Positions 29,726 through 38,441 of a stretch of 64,000 nucleotides of DNA are shown here, piece after piece (position 1 is the stretch's first letter; every line of letters begins with the position of its first letter). Origin of the DNA: Coraliomargaritaceae bacterium (lineage in GTDB: Bacteria; Verrucomicrobiota; Verrucomicrobiia; Opitutales; Coraliomargaritaceae); NCBI GenBank assembly GCA_965657865.1, contig CBFHPQ010000003.1, positions 3,410 through 67,409 of the forward strand, given 5' to 3'. The position numbers and the translations under genes were made by a program. Under the pieces are notes generated by a model. That model did no database searches and was not told the DNA's origin. It saw only the letters and a program-made list of their open reading frames with translations.

Positions 29726-30025
29726 ATGTTAATCCATTCAGTTTACTTTTGGCTTCGCAAAGATTTAAATACGACGCAACGCGCTGACTTTGTAACAGGT
29801 CTACAAAGCTTAAAAGGAATAGGCGCCGCGAGCGCAGTTTATACCGGGACACCCTCTGCGACACCTGAGCGTCCTATCATCGACAACTCCTACGATTTTT
29901 GCCTAACCGTTCTCTTGCCTGATTTAGCTGCACACGACGCCTATCAAATCGACCCTCTTCATAAAGATTTTTTAGCGACCTTCGCCCCGCTCTGGGAACG
30001 CGTGCAGATCTATGATGCCGACTAG
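29726..30025 (+). CDS. Dabb (stress-responsive alpha/beta barrel) family protein
   Basis: 99 aa, starts MLIHSVYFWLRKD..., and contains HDAYQIDPLHKDF. Confidence 0.7.
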   Translation: MLIHSVYFWLRKDLNTTQRADFVTGLQSLKGIGAASAVYTGTPSATPERPIIDNSYDFCLTVLLPDLAAHDAYQIDPLHKDFLATFAPLWERVQIYDAD

Positions 30026-30037
30026 GAACTCACGAGC

Positions 30038-30652
30038 ATGGCGCAAGAGATCCTAAGCGAGATCCTGAATCAACTGAAACAGGTGCCCCCTGCGGAGTGG
30101 GTCGGAATTTTTGCAGGTACGGCAGGGGTCTATTTAAGTATCAAAGAGAAGCTATTCGCTTGGCCCCTATTCATTACTTGCTACCTCGCGTATATTTACC
30201 TGAGTTTCCACGCAGAACTCTACGCTGCGCTACTCTTAAATTTTGTTTTTATCTTTATCTCTATTTACGGTTGGAGAAATTGGATACACTCTTCAAAGAG
30301 CGGACACGAGAAATTTAAAATTCAGAAAACTCCTCTTTCGCAAATCCTAATTGCTATAGTTTCTATTATAACCTTTACCCTACTACTCGGGTGGGGTTTA
30401 AAAAATTATACCACTGCTTACCTACCTTTTCTTGATGCCTTTGCTACTAGTTGTGCATTTGTCGCTCAATGGATGCTCAGTAAAAAATACATTGAGAATT
30501 GGATCTTCTGGATAATTGCAGATACTGTTTATGTCGGGTTATGGAGCGCGCAAGGTTACTACGTAAGCGCGGTTCTCTTTTTAATTTTCATATGTTTAGC
30601 GACAAAAGGATGGTTTGAATGGAAGCGAATGGTCAATCCAACAAGATGCTGA
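30038..30652 (+). CDS. pnuC: nicotinamide riboside transporter PnuC
   Basis: About 7 TM segments, with Trp-rich motifs (YGWRNW, AQWMLSKKYIENW, GWFEW) typical of PnuC. Confidence 0.8.
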   Translation: MAQEILSEILNQLKQVPPAEWVGIFAGTAGVYLSIKEKLFAWPLFITCYLAYIYLSFHAELYAALLLNFVFIFISIYGWRNWIHSSKSGHEKFKIQKTPLSQILIAIVSIITFTLLLGWGLKNYTTAYLPFLDAFATSCAFVAQWMLSKKYIENWIFWIIADTVYVGLWSAQGYYVSAVLFLIFICLATKGWFEWKRMVNPTRC

Positions 30653-31164
30653 AGCGCATTGTAATAACAGGCGCCGAATCCACTGGCAAAACTACCCTGT
30701 GTCGTGCACTCGCGGACTATCATAACACCTCCCAAAGCAGTGAATTTGTGCGAACCTATGTTGATACTCTAAAACGTCCCATAAACGAGTCTGATTTAAA
30801 ACTTATAATTGAAGGGCAACTTCAACTTGAGAAAAAGGCAGTCGCTAACGCTTCCAATGGAATTGTTTTTCACGATACCAATCTACTCTCAAATAAAATC
30901 TATATCGCTCATTATTTTGAGAAGCAGCTACCCTCGCTTGAGGCTGAACTGATAGACCAAAACTATACCTATTATTTCCTGTGTCTGCCTGACGTTCCAT
31001 GGGTTGAAGATCCTGGACAACGCGAAAGCCCAGAAGCACGTCAAGTATTACACCAAAAATTTCATTCCACTCTAAACAGTGAAAATCTTCCATTCTCAGT
31101 CATTTCAGGCAGTCATCAAAATCGTCTAGAGCAAGCACTCCGCACTTTAGATACCCTTAAATAA
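30646..31164 (+). CDS. NadR-type ribosylnicotinamide kinase-like AAA ATPase
   Basis: The P-loop ITGAESTGKTTL matches the NadR C-terminal kinase domain. Its ATG overlaps the pnuC stop (ATGCTGA). Confidence 0.7.
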   Translation: MLKRIVITGAESTGKTTLCRALADYHNTSQSSEFVRTYVDTLKRPINESDLKLIIEGQLQLEKKAVANASNGIVFHDTNLLSNKIYIAHYFEKQLPSLEAELIDQNYTYYFLCLPDVPWVEDPGQRESPEARQVLHQKFHSTLNSENLPFSVISGSHQNRLEQALRTLDTLK

Positions 31165-31168
31165 TAAA

Positions 31169-31204
31169 AATGCGCTCCTCGGAAATAATACCAAGGAGCG
31201 CATT
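31169..31204 (-). terminator. hairpin terminator after pfk (U-tract only on the minus strand)
   Basis: AATGCGCTCCT...AGGAGCGCATT forms an 11-bp stem. On the minus strand it is followed by TTTATTATTT. Confidence 0.5.
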
Positions 31205-31232
31205 GAAACTGTAAAGTCAGTTACCCGTGTAA

Positions 31233-32495
31233 CTACTCAAAATTATGTGGCGCTAATTTGCGGTCAACTCGATTACAAGCAAGGTTTGCATGTACTGGAA
31301 CGCCATTTTCATATGGCATTTCGATTTCACCCTGAACGAGCGGAAGCGCATATTTGTAGAAGTGGTAACTCATACTGACCCCGTCTTCATTAATCCAGCT
31401 TTCAGGGAGTTTTTTAACTCCGTTAGCAATTTCTGATAGAGGTGCGAGACCTGTTTCACAAACATATGGATCTGAATCACTGCGCAAAAGCGTGACCATT
31501 TTATCGGTTTCACCATCAATCGCTGCTTTCACCGCCGCTTGACCCGCGAGAAATGCTTCATCGTTATCTGCTTTTGAGGAAACCGATGCAGCCGCACGTT
31601 GCGCCATTCCAAGTTTAATTGAACGCGCTTTAATCTGAAGGCTCTCTTCAACTAAGTTACGTAGATATTCACCTGCGCCTCCAAGTTGCGAATGTCCAAA
31701 GGCATCCGCCCCAGCGCTGTCGGTCGAAACATAATTACCATCACCATCAACCAAGCCTTCACCCACAACGACCACGCAATACTTCTCTTTTTGAAGCACG
31801 CGCTGTACATCTGCGATGAATTTTTCAGGACTGAAAGCAACTTCTGGTAAGTAAATCAAATGTGGAGCTCCGCTTGGATCGTCACGACGTTTTGCAAGTG
31901 CGGCACCTGCTGCAATCCAGCCTGCGCTGCGACCCATAACCTCAACCACTTGAACAAGATCGTGTTGACCCATTCCAGCATTATCACATGCCACTTCTTT
32001 AACGGTTGATGCAACATACTTGATAACACTTCCATAGCCTGGAGTGTGGTCGGTAGTCACCAAATCATTATCAATAGTCTTTGGAATACCAATGACGCGA
32101 AGCGCATATCCACGCTCTTGCGCCAATTTTGAAATTTTATCAGCAGTGTCTTGAGAATCATTGCCACCCGCATAAAAGAAATAACGAATATTGTGCGCCT
32201 CAAAAACTTCCAAAATACGACTATAGTCCTCTTGGCGTTTAAGTTTAAACCGGCAGGTTCCAAGCGCCGCACCTGGAGTGTGACGGAGTGCCCGAATGGT
32301 TTGTTGAGATTCTGCCGCGAGATCAATGATGTTTTCGTTTAAGATGCCTAAAACACCATTCAGTCCTCCATAAATTTCCTCAATGGATTCATGGTTGAGC
32401 GCTTCTGTAATAGCACCCGCCAAGCTGGAATTTATGACTGACGTTGGACCACCAGATTGGGCGATCAAGCAATTTCCTTCAAGTTGTTCTGACAT
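31233..32495 (-). CDS. pfp: 6-phosphofructokinase, probably pyrophosphate-dependent
   Basis: MGRSAGWIA and PKTIDNDL are present. The phosphoryl-donor determinants read GGND (Asp where ATP-PFK has Gly) and PKTIDND (Lys where ATP-PFK has Gly). Confidence 0.75.
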   Translation of the reverse strand: MSEQLEGNCLIAQSGGPTSVINSSLAGAITEALNHESIEEIYGGLNGVLGILNENIIDLAAESQQTIRALRHTPGAALGTCRFKLKRQEDYSRILEVFEAHNIRYFFYAGGNDSQDTADKISKLAQERGYALRVIGIPKTIDNDLVTTDHTPGYGSVIKYVASTVKEVACDNAGMGQHDLVQVVEVMGRSAGWIAAGAALAKRRDDPSGAPHLIYLPEVAFSPEKFIADVQRVLQKEKYCVVVVGEGLVDGDGNYVSTDSAGADAFGHSQLGGAGEYLRNLVEESLQIKARSIKLGMAQRAAASVSSKADNDEAFLAGQAAVKAAIDGETDKMVTLLRSDSDPYVCETGLAPLSEIANGVKKLPESWINEDGVSMSYHFYKYALPLVQGEIEMPYENGVPVHANLACNRVDRKLAPHNFE

Positions 32496-32558
32496 TTAAT
32501 GAATGGGTTATGTGTAGTTTTAAAATTGGTTTAGATATAGGTCTTGTTTTAGCAACCT

Positions 32559-33983
32559 TTAAAGGATTGAGCCAGGTTGATAATTTGCAGCATCTGGAAA
32601 CTGTTGCGCTTCTTCCCTGACGATCGAACAAAAGTCCTCAACTTGCTGAATCGCTTGGCCTGTTAAGGTTTGAGCAGCCTCAACGGTGGAAGCAATTGAA
32701 GCTTCATTTAGACCAAGACGTCCATCTTCTGCTAAGCGTTGGATTAAATCGTTTTTGAAAATTGTTCCCGAACGCAAGTCGCGGACCGTTTGCACCGCAT
32801 GCAATTTGATTGCTTCGTGCGCTTCTTCGCGTCCTGCACCATTTTTAACGGCTTCCATAAGTAAGGTTGTAGTCGCAAGGAATGGACCGTAGCGCTGGTT
32901 CTCCTGCTCAATAACTGCAGGGTAGACTTCCATCTGATTTAGAATCGTCATGAACGTTTCCAATAAGCCATCAATTGCGTAAAAACTATCGGGCAAGAAC
33001 ACGCGCCTTACCACAGAGCACGATACATCCCCTTCATTCCATTGATCTCCACTTAACTCGCCCGCCATCGTCAAATAGCCCTTCAAAATTGCAGCAAACC
33101 CATTCAAGCGTTCGCAGCTTCGGCTATTCATTTTGTGAGGCATCGCAGAGGAACCCACCTGACCTTTAGCAAATCCTTCACTCGCTAATTCATGCCCCGC
33201 CATAATGCGTAAGGTTTTTGCAAAACTTGAAGGACCAGATGCCAAGCGAACAAAATTTGAAACCACTTCGAAATCTAATCCTCGAGGATACACCTGCCCG
33301 ACCGTATCAAGCGACGCAGCCATTCCTAGATGGTCTAAAATTCGCGACTCTAAGGCAGCAACTTTTTCACTATCTCCCTCAAACAAAGTCAATAAATCCA
33401 TCTGCGTTCCAACCGGTCCTTTAATTCCACGCACTGGATAGGTATCAATCAAGCGATCTAGCTCTCGAACCGCACCCAGCAGATCCTCACCATACATTGC
33501 CAAACGTTTGCCGAAAGTAGTTGGCTGAGCAGGAACATTGTGTGTGCGGGCAGTAATTACCAATTCCTTCCACTGCTCCGCGCGCTCCGCTAATTTAAGA
33601 AGCACCGCAATTGTTTTAGTTCGCACCAGCTCCATGCCGCGCAAAATTTGAAGCTGCTCAACGTTCTCCGTCAAATCACGACTCGTAAGCCCTTTATGAA
33701 TGTGCTCATAGCCCGCTAATTCACAAAACTCCTCAATCCGAGCCTTCACATCATGCCGTGTGATCACCTCCCGTGATTGAATCGACTCTAAATTAATTGT
33801 GCCTTTAACAGACTCATACGCCTTGATTGCTGCATCGGGGATATCTAGCCCTAAGTCCTGTTGAGCGCGTAGAACCGCGATCCAATAATCGCGCTCCATC
33901 GCAATACGACCTTCCGCGCCCCAAACAGCGCGCATCTCAGGGGATGCGTATCGTGAGGCTAATACATTAGGTGTGCTGTCCAT
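32559..33983 (-). CDS. purB: adenylosuccinate lyase
   Basis: 474 aa with the fumarate-lyase signature GSSAMPHKMN. Confidence 0.95.
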   Translation of the reverse strand: MDSTPNVLASRYASPEMRAVWGAEGRIAMERDYWIAVLRAQQDLGLDIPDAAIKAYESVKGTINLESIQSREVITRHDVKARIEEFCELAGYEHIHKGLTSRDLTENVEQLQILRGMELVRTKTIAVLLKLAERAEQWKELVITARTHNVPAQPTTFGKRLAMYGEDLLGAVRELDRLIDTYPVRGIKGPVGTQMDLLTLFEGDSEKVAALESRILDHLGMAASLDTVGQVYPRGLDFEVVSNFVRLASGPSSFAKTLRIMAGHELASEGFAKGQVGSSAMPHKMNSRSCERLNGFAAILKGYLTMAGELSGDQWNEGDVSCSVVRRVFLPDSFYAIDGLLETFMTILNQMEVYPAVIEQENQRYGPFLATTTLLMEAVKNGAGREEAHEAIKLHAVQTVRDLRSGTIFKNDLIQRLAEDGRLGLNEASIASTVEAAQTLTGQAIQQVEDFCSIVREEAQQFPDAANYQPGSIL

Positions 33984-34077
33984 AAAATTTAAAATCTAAA
34001 CTATACAAATTACAGCTTAGTCGCAACGATGCGATAAAAAACGAGCTAAATACAATAAAGTTGATGAAGTCCCACTT

Positions 34078-35181
34078 TTAGCTATCCGCTAAGCATTTAA
34101 CTGCTAATTCGCGAAAGACCTCTTCTTGCTCATTTGGGCGCTGGATAATCCCTTCAAAAGCATTCGCAAACGCCAATTGAAAATCTACCCACTTTTTGAG
34201 TGGCGCTCGACTAAGAGAACCAGAAACCCGTCCTAAATAATAAGGATTTTGGCTAAAAATATTGAGATTACTCTTTTCTTCAGACTCTCCAAAATGACGT
34301 CCAAACTCGCGTGCCGCAGATTCAAGCGCCGACTTACTTAGCCCATTAGAACCGATTCGTATCGCGCCCGCATCCTGCAAAACACGCAACTGTATCAATA
34401 AACGATTCCGAGCCTGCATGCTCCCCAATAAACCGCGCCCATCGTTATTTGTAAAAAAGTGCCGCCGTAAAGCCTCAAGTGTCCACTCAAGGTCGAGGGT
34501 AAAAAATGCATCCGTAGCTTCAAAAAAATCTGCATCTCCGAAATTTGGCACCAACTCAATGACCATCGCCTCCGTTACCATTCCCCCTTCTGCGCCCAAA
34601 TAAGTTGCAAGCTTTCCGCATTCCTCAACTAAAAGACGCGTGTTCGCATTCACTTTTGCAATTAGAGTTTCAATCGCCGCACGCTCAATCGTGATTCCTG
34701 CTTCCTTGCAGGTTTCTTTAACAAGATTCGCGCACACCTGAACCACATCCTTGCCGAGAGCAAGCACCGTAAAATCAGATTTTTTTTGCACCCACTTATA
34801 AAAGCTACGACGCTTATCGACTGGGAACGCAGTGATCAGGACCGAGACTGCACTTGAGTCCAATCCTTCCAAAATACTTTTTAAACCCTCAAGCAAATCA
34901 AGCGTGCCCTGCGCGCGCCCTGTTACGCTGTCCGCCATAAAATTAACATCTTTTAGCCAGACAACCTTGCGCTCTCCAAACAACGACAATGTTTGCACCG
35001 CACTCGAAAACCTTTGGAGCACATCCTCGACTTCTGCGATATTGCCTGCCCTTCCCTCTAAAATTTCTTTTGATAAATCATCCTCAATCCCCTCGGATTG
35101 CTCATTAAACCACGTACGTGCTTTTTCTGAGACTAAATAATCATCATCTCCGCAGATAAATTTAAAGGGCTTCTCTGGCAT
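34078..35181 (-). CDS. holA: DNA polymerase III delta subunit
   Basis: Length (367 aa), the N-terminal ..FICGDDDYLV.. segment and the overall helical C-terminus fit HolA. There is no strong motif. Confidence 0.6.
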   Translation of the reverse strand: MPEKPFKFICGDDDYLVSEKARTWFNEQSEGIEDDLSKEILEGRAGNIAEVEDVLQRFSSAVQTLSLFGERKVVWLKDVNFMADSVTGRAQGTLDLLEGLKSILEGLDSSAVSVLITAFPVDKRRSFYKWVQKKSDFTVLALGKDVVQVCANLVKETCKEAGITIERAAIETLIAKVNANTRLLVEECGKLATYLGAEGGMVTEAMVIELVPNFGDADFFEATDAFFTLDLEWTLEALRRHFFTNNDGRGLLGSMQARNRLLIQLRVLQDAGAIRIGSNGLSKSALESAAREFGRHFGESEEKSNLNIFSQNPYYLGRVSGSLSRAPLKKWVDFQLAFANAFEGIIQRPNEQEEVFRELAVKCLADS

Positions 35182-35233
35182 ACTAAAGTGCCATAATGGA
35201 AAGCATTACTACTAGTGCAATGCGAAAGGCGTA

Positions 35234-36517
35234 TCAATCACGACTCCCGCAACGCAAGTGTTCCTCAATCTTATATTTGCGGAGCTTGCGACGCATCCAA
35301 TCAAGAGCAGCATGCACTGCGCGCGCCTTCACATCTAAACGCCCGCCTGTATAGCGTACCGTTTTTGACCAAACACCCACTGGAGAATGATATCCCAAAT
35401 GGATCGTACCCACAGGATTGTCTTTGTTACCACCCTCAGGTCCGGCAAAACCAGTCACACTCAAGCCATAATCTGATCCCAGTCGCTCCGAAATTCCAGT
35501 CGCCATCGCAATCGCACACTCTGGACTCACCGCACCATGTTGCTCAAGAATAGACTCTGGAACACATACTTGTTCAACTTTGACTTCGTTTGCATAACAA
35601 ACAACACCGCCGATAAATGTTTTAGAGGCTCCAGGAAAATTAGTAAACGCGTCGCTTAACATGCCGCCAGTACACGACTCCGCAACTGCCAAACTACGAT
35701 TCAAAGCGCGTAACTCTTTATGCACAACCTCCGCCAAAGAACCCGATCCAAAACAGAAAAAATCTTCCCCGCACGCAACCCGCACCTCCTGCGATAAAGA
35801 TTTTAAACGCTCTTGCCCAAGCTTCCCTTCCAAACTACTCAAGCGAACATCCACGATTCCATAATGCACACAATATGCAATTTGCAGGTCTGGTTCCGAT
35901 TTCAAAATAGGTTGCAGGCGGGCTTCGATACTTGATTCACCGCTCCCGCAAGTCCGGATTTGAATGTAACTTTCAGTTTCTGAAAGGTATCCATCCCTAC
36001 GAAAACGAGGCAACACTTCCTTCTCAAAGATTGGACACAATTCCTGAGTTGGCCCCGGTAGAAGCACCAAAGTTTTACCATCTTTTTGGAAATACATCCC
36101 TGGAGCAGTCCCGCGCTCATTAGGCAATACCTCCGCCCCTTCAAAAATGTAACACTGCTTACGATGATGCGACGCCATTGGGCGCGCAATTGCTTTGAAA
36201 TAATCGCGAATCGAAGATTCTACTTGCGAGTCATAAACGAGCGCTGCACCCAAGGCCTCTGCAATCGTCTCGCGCGTTAAGTCATCCGCAGTAGGGCCTA
36301 AACCACCCGTAGTTATAACAATGTCAGATTGTTCCCATGCTTGCGAGTACGCCTCCTTTATTTCATCAACCGAATCTGTTATAACGCGAGCTCTGCGCAC
36401 TGGCATACCATATCGCGCCAACTCCTCACCTAAGTAGCTCAAATGCGTGTTCGCACGAATTCCGACGAGTAATTCGTCTCCGAAATTGATTATTTCGACA
36501 GTCGCTTGCTTAGACAT
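35234..36517 (-). CDS. cinA: competence/damage-inducible protein CinA (MoCF-binding domain plus PncC NMN amidohydrolase domain)
   Basis: VEIINFGDELLVGIRANTH and TTGGLGPTADDLT form the MoCF domain. SLAVAESCTGGML marks the CinA C-terminal domain. Confidence 0.9.
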   Translation of the reverse strand: MSKQATVEIINFGDELLVGIRANTHLSYLGEELARYGMPVRRARVITDSVDEIKEAYSQAWEQSDIVITTGGLGPTADDLTRETIAEALGAALVYDSQVESSIRDYFKAIARPMASHHRKQCYIFEGAEVLPNERGTAPGMYFQKDGKTLVLLPGPTQELCPIFEKEVLPRFRRDGYLSETESYIQIRTCGSGESSIEARLQPILKSEPDLQIAYCVHYGIVDVRLSSLEGKLGQERLKSLSQEVRVACGEDFFCFGSGSLAEVVHKELRALNRSLAVAESCTGGMLSDAFTNFPGASKTFIGGVVCYANEVKVEQVCVPESILEQHGAVSPECAIAMATGISERLGSDYGLSVTGFAGPEGGNKDNPVGTIHLGYHSPVGVWSKTVRYTGGRLDVKARAVHAALDWMRRKLRKYKIEEHLRCGSRD

Positions 36518-36579
36518 TGTGGCAAAATTGAATATTCCTAATTGATTAAAGATCTATAGTTAACATGTATTTTGGGTAA

Positions 36580-38055
36580 ATGCGAGAGCCTCAAGCGATT
36601 AACCTCAAAGAAAAAGTACGTCGACTCCCTAACGGACCGGGCGTGTACCTGATGAAAGATCGCATCGGGCAGACTATTTACGTCGGGAAAGCGAAAAACT
36701 TAAAGCGAAGAGTTTCAACCTATTTTCAAGCCTCACGAAAGTTTGTCATCGCGCAACCTAAAGTTCGGGCGATGGTGGAATTGATTGTTGATTTTGAAAT
36801 CATGCAGGTTCATTCGGAAGCCGAAGCACTCCTTCTAGAAGGTCAACTCATCAAAAAATATCGCCCGCGCTACAATACCGATTTCACCGACGATAAGCGG
36901 TTCTTGATGGTTCGTATCGATTTAAGAGAACCCCTTCCACGTTTCCGCCTAACTCGAAATCGTATTGATTCACATTCTCGGCATTTCGGACCCTTTGCCC
37001 ACTCAGGTCAACTTCGCCAAACTCTTTCTGCATTGCGAAAAAAATTTGGCATTCTTTTAAGTGATGCAAAGCCAGTTCAATTAAAAAACGGTAACTGGCA
37101 ACTCTACGATGACGCGCGCGCAGAACTGTATAGTCACTCAAACGAAGTTTCCAAAGACGAATATCAAACTCGGGTAGAAGCTGCTTGTGAATTTCTTGAA
37201 GGAAAAGCAAAGGAATGGTTGATCGAACTCAACGAACAAATGCAAAAGGCGGCAACCGATCGTAATTACGAAAAAGCGGCTACCTTGCGCGACCGCATCG
37301 ATGCCCTCAAACGCACCGCACAACGAACTCGGAAATTTGAACGCAATGCCTTGGGACAAGCAAATCCGCTTGAGTCACTCAAGCGCTTGCAAAAATACCT
37401 TGAAATACCCTCCCCTCTCAAGCGTATGGAGTGCTTTGATATTTCGCACATTTCAGGAAATTTCTGCGTTGCTTCAATGGTCTGTTTTTTAGGCGGCAAA
37501 CCCGCTCGCAAAGAATACCGCCGCTTCAAGATAAAGTCGTTTGTAGGAAATGATGATTTCAGGGCAATGGAAGAAGTTGTAGGCAGACGCTATCTTCGAC
37601 TACATGAAGAAGCTAAACCTTTTCCCGACTTGATAATTATCGACGGTGGTGCAGGGCAAGTCACTGCCGCACTTAAATCTTTCATGGCAAATTCCTTAGA
37701 AGTGCCGCCTCTAATCGGCCTCGCAAAAAAGAAAGAAACTATTGTCTTTAGTGATGGGCGCGCACCCTTGAATCTCGACATGCATGATCCTGCCTTGAGA
37801 TTACTACAACACATTCGGGATGAGGCACACCGTTTCGCGAATAGCTTTAATGCAAATCTCCGAAGCCAGAAGTTACGTGAATCCATCTTAGAGGATTTCA
37901 GCGGCTTAGGAACGATCAAACGAACCGAACTTTTGAAACATTTTGGTTCACTCGCAAAACTTCAAAAAGCGACGATCGAAGAAATCTGCCAAGTGGATGG
38001 AATCGGCATTAAAACCGCTGAGCGCTTGATCGATTTCCTTAAAACAAGTAGCTAA
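36580..38055 (+). CDS. uvrC: excinuclease ABC subunit C (short, 491 aa)
   Basis: GIY-YIG motif (GVYLMKD...IYVGKAKNLKRRVSTYF), UVR domain (YEKAATLRDRIDAL), the Endo-V-like MECFDISHISG segment and a C-terminal HhH pair. Confidence 0.85.
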   Translation: MREPQAINLKEKVRRLPNGPGVYLMKDRIGQTIYVGKAKNLKRRVSTYFQASRKFVIAQPKVRAMVELIVDFEIMQVHSEAEALLLEGQLIKKYRPRYNTDFTDDKRFLMVRIDLREPLPRFRLTRNRIDSHSRHFGPFAHSGQLRQTLSALRKKFGILLSDAKPVQLKNGNWQLYDDARAELYSHSNEVSKDEYQTRVEAACEFLEGKAKEWLIELNEQMQKAATDRNYEKAATLRDRIDALKRTAQRTRKFERNALGQANPLESLKRLQKYLEIPSPLKRMECFDISHISGNFCVASMVCFLGGKPARKEYRRFKIKSFVGNDDFRAMEEVVGRRYLRLHEEAKPFPDLIIIDGGAGQVTAALKSFMANSLEVPPLIGLAKKKETIVFSDGRAPLNLDMHDPALRLLQHIRDEAHRFANSFNANLRSQKLRESILEDFSGLGTIKRTELLKHFGSLAKLQKATIEEICQVDGIGIKTAERLIDFLKTSS

Positions 38056-38060
38056 ACTGA

Positions 38061-38234
38061 TTAAGGTTTAACTGAATTCTCTTCTATCTTAGTAGCCTCA
38101 ACTTCTTCTGTGGTAGATACATTTGTTTCATTGAGTTTTTTGAAGATAGGAATAGTCATAGCTGCCAAAAGTATAATCACTACTAAGACTATAATTAATT
38201 CAATCAGTGCAAATCCTCTGTAATTTTTAAACAT
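38061..38234 (-). CDS. 57-aa prepilin-type N-terminal methylation-domain mini-protein (not in the ORF track)
   Basis: Hand translation gives MFKNYRG|FALIELIIVLVVIILLAAMTIPIFKKLNETNVSTTEEVEATKIEENSVKP. It shows a G|F cleavage site, Glu+5 and a hydrophobic alpha-1 helix. The frame and stop were checked (174 nt). Confidence 0.55.
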   Translation of the reverse strand: MFKNYRGFALIELIIVLVVIILLAAMTIPIFKKLNETNVSTTEEVEATKIEENSVKP

Positions 38235-38441
38235 GCTTTAGATCTTATATTTTCAGAAGGTTCAGATCAAGTTTAATGATTGTAACAGCTTCCTAAAGCG
38301 CTTTGTAAAAAACAGCTAGAATGACTGGAATCAGCATTCCGATACACATGCAAATTAGAATAAGGCGCTGAGCTTTGATAGCCTTCTCGCTCAAATCAGC
38401 ATCTTTTAAATCAGTGTCTGTCTCTTTGGGATCCAAAAGGA

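Noticed and set aside
33984-34077. Short hairpin TCGCA-ACGA-TGCGA in the holA-purB spacer
   Set aside because: The stem is only 5 bp, and on the transcribed (minus) strand the U-run comes before the stem rather than after it.
38293-38436. 47-aa single-TM micro-ORF between the FGE-domain gene and the mini-pilin
   Set aside because: It was not promoted to a feature. It needs a TTG start, since the only in-frame ATG leaves 18 aa, and it has no motif beyond a hydrophobic helix. It is mentioned in the finding as something to test.
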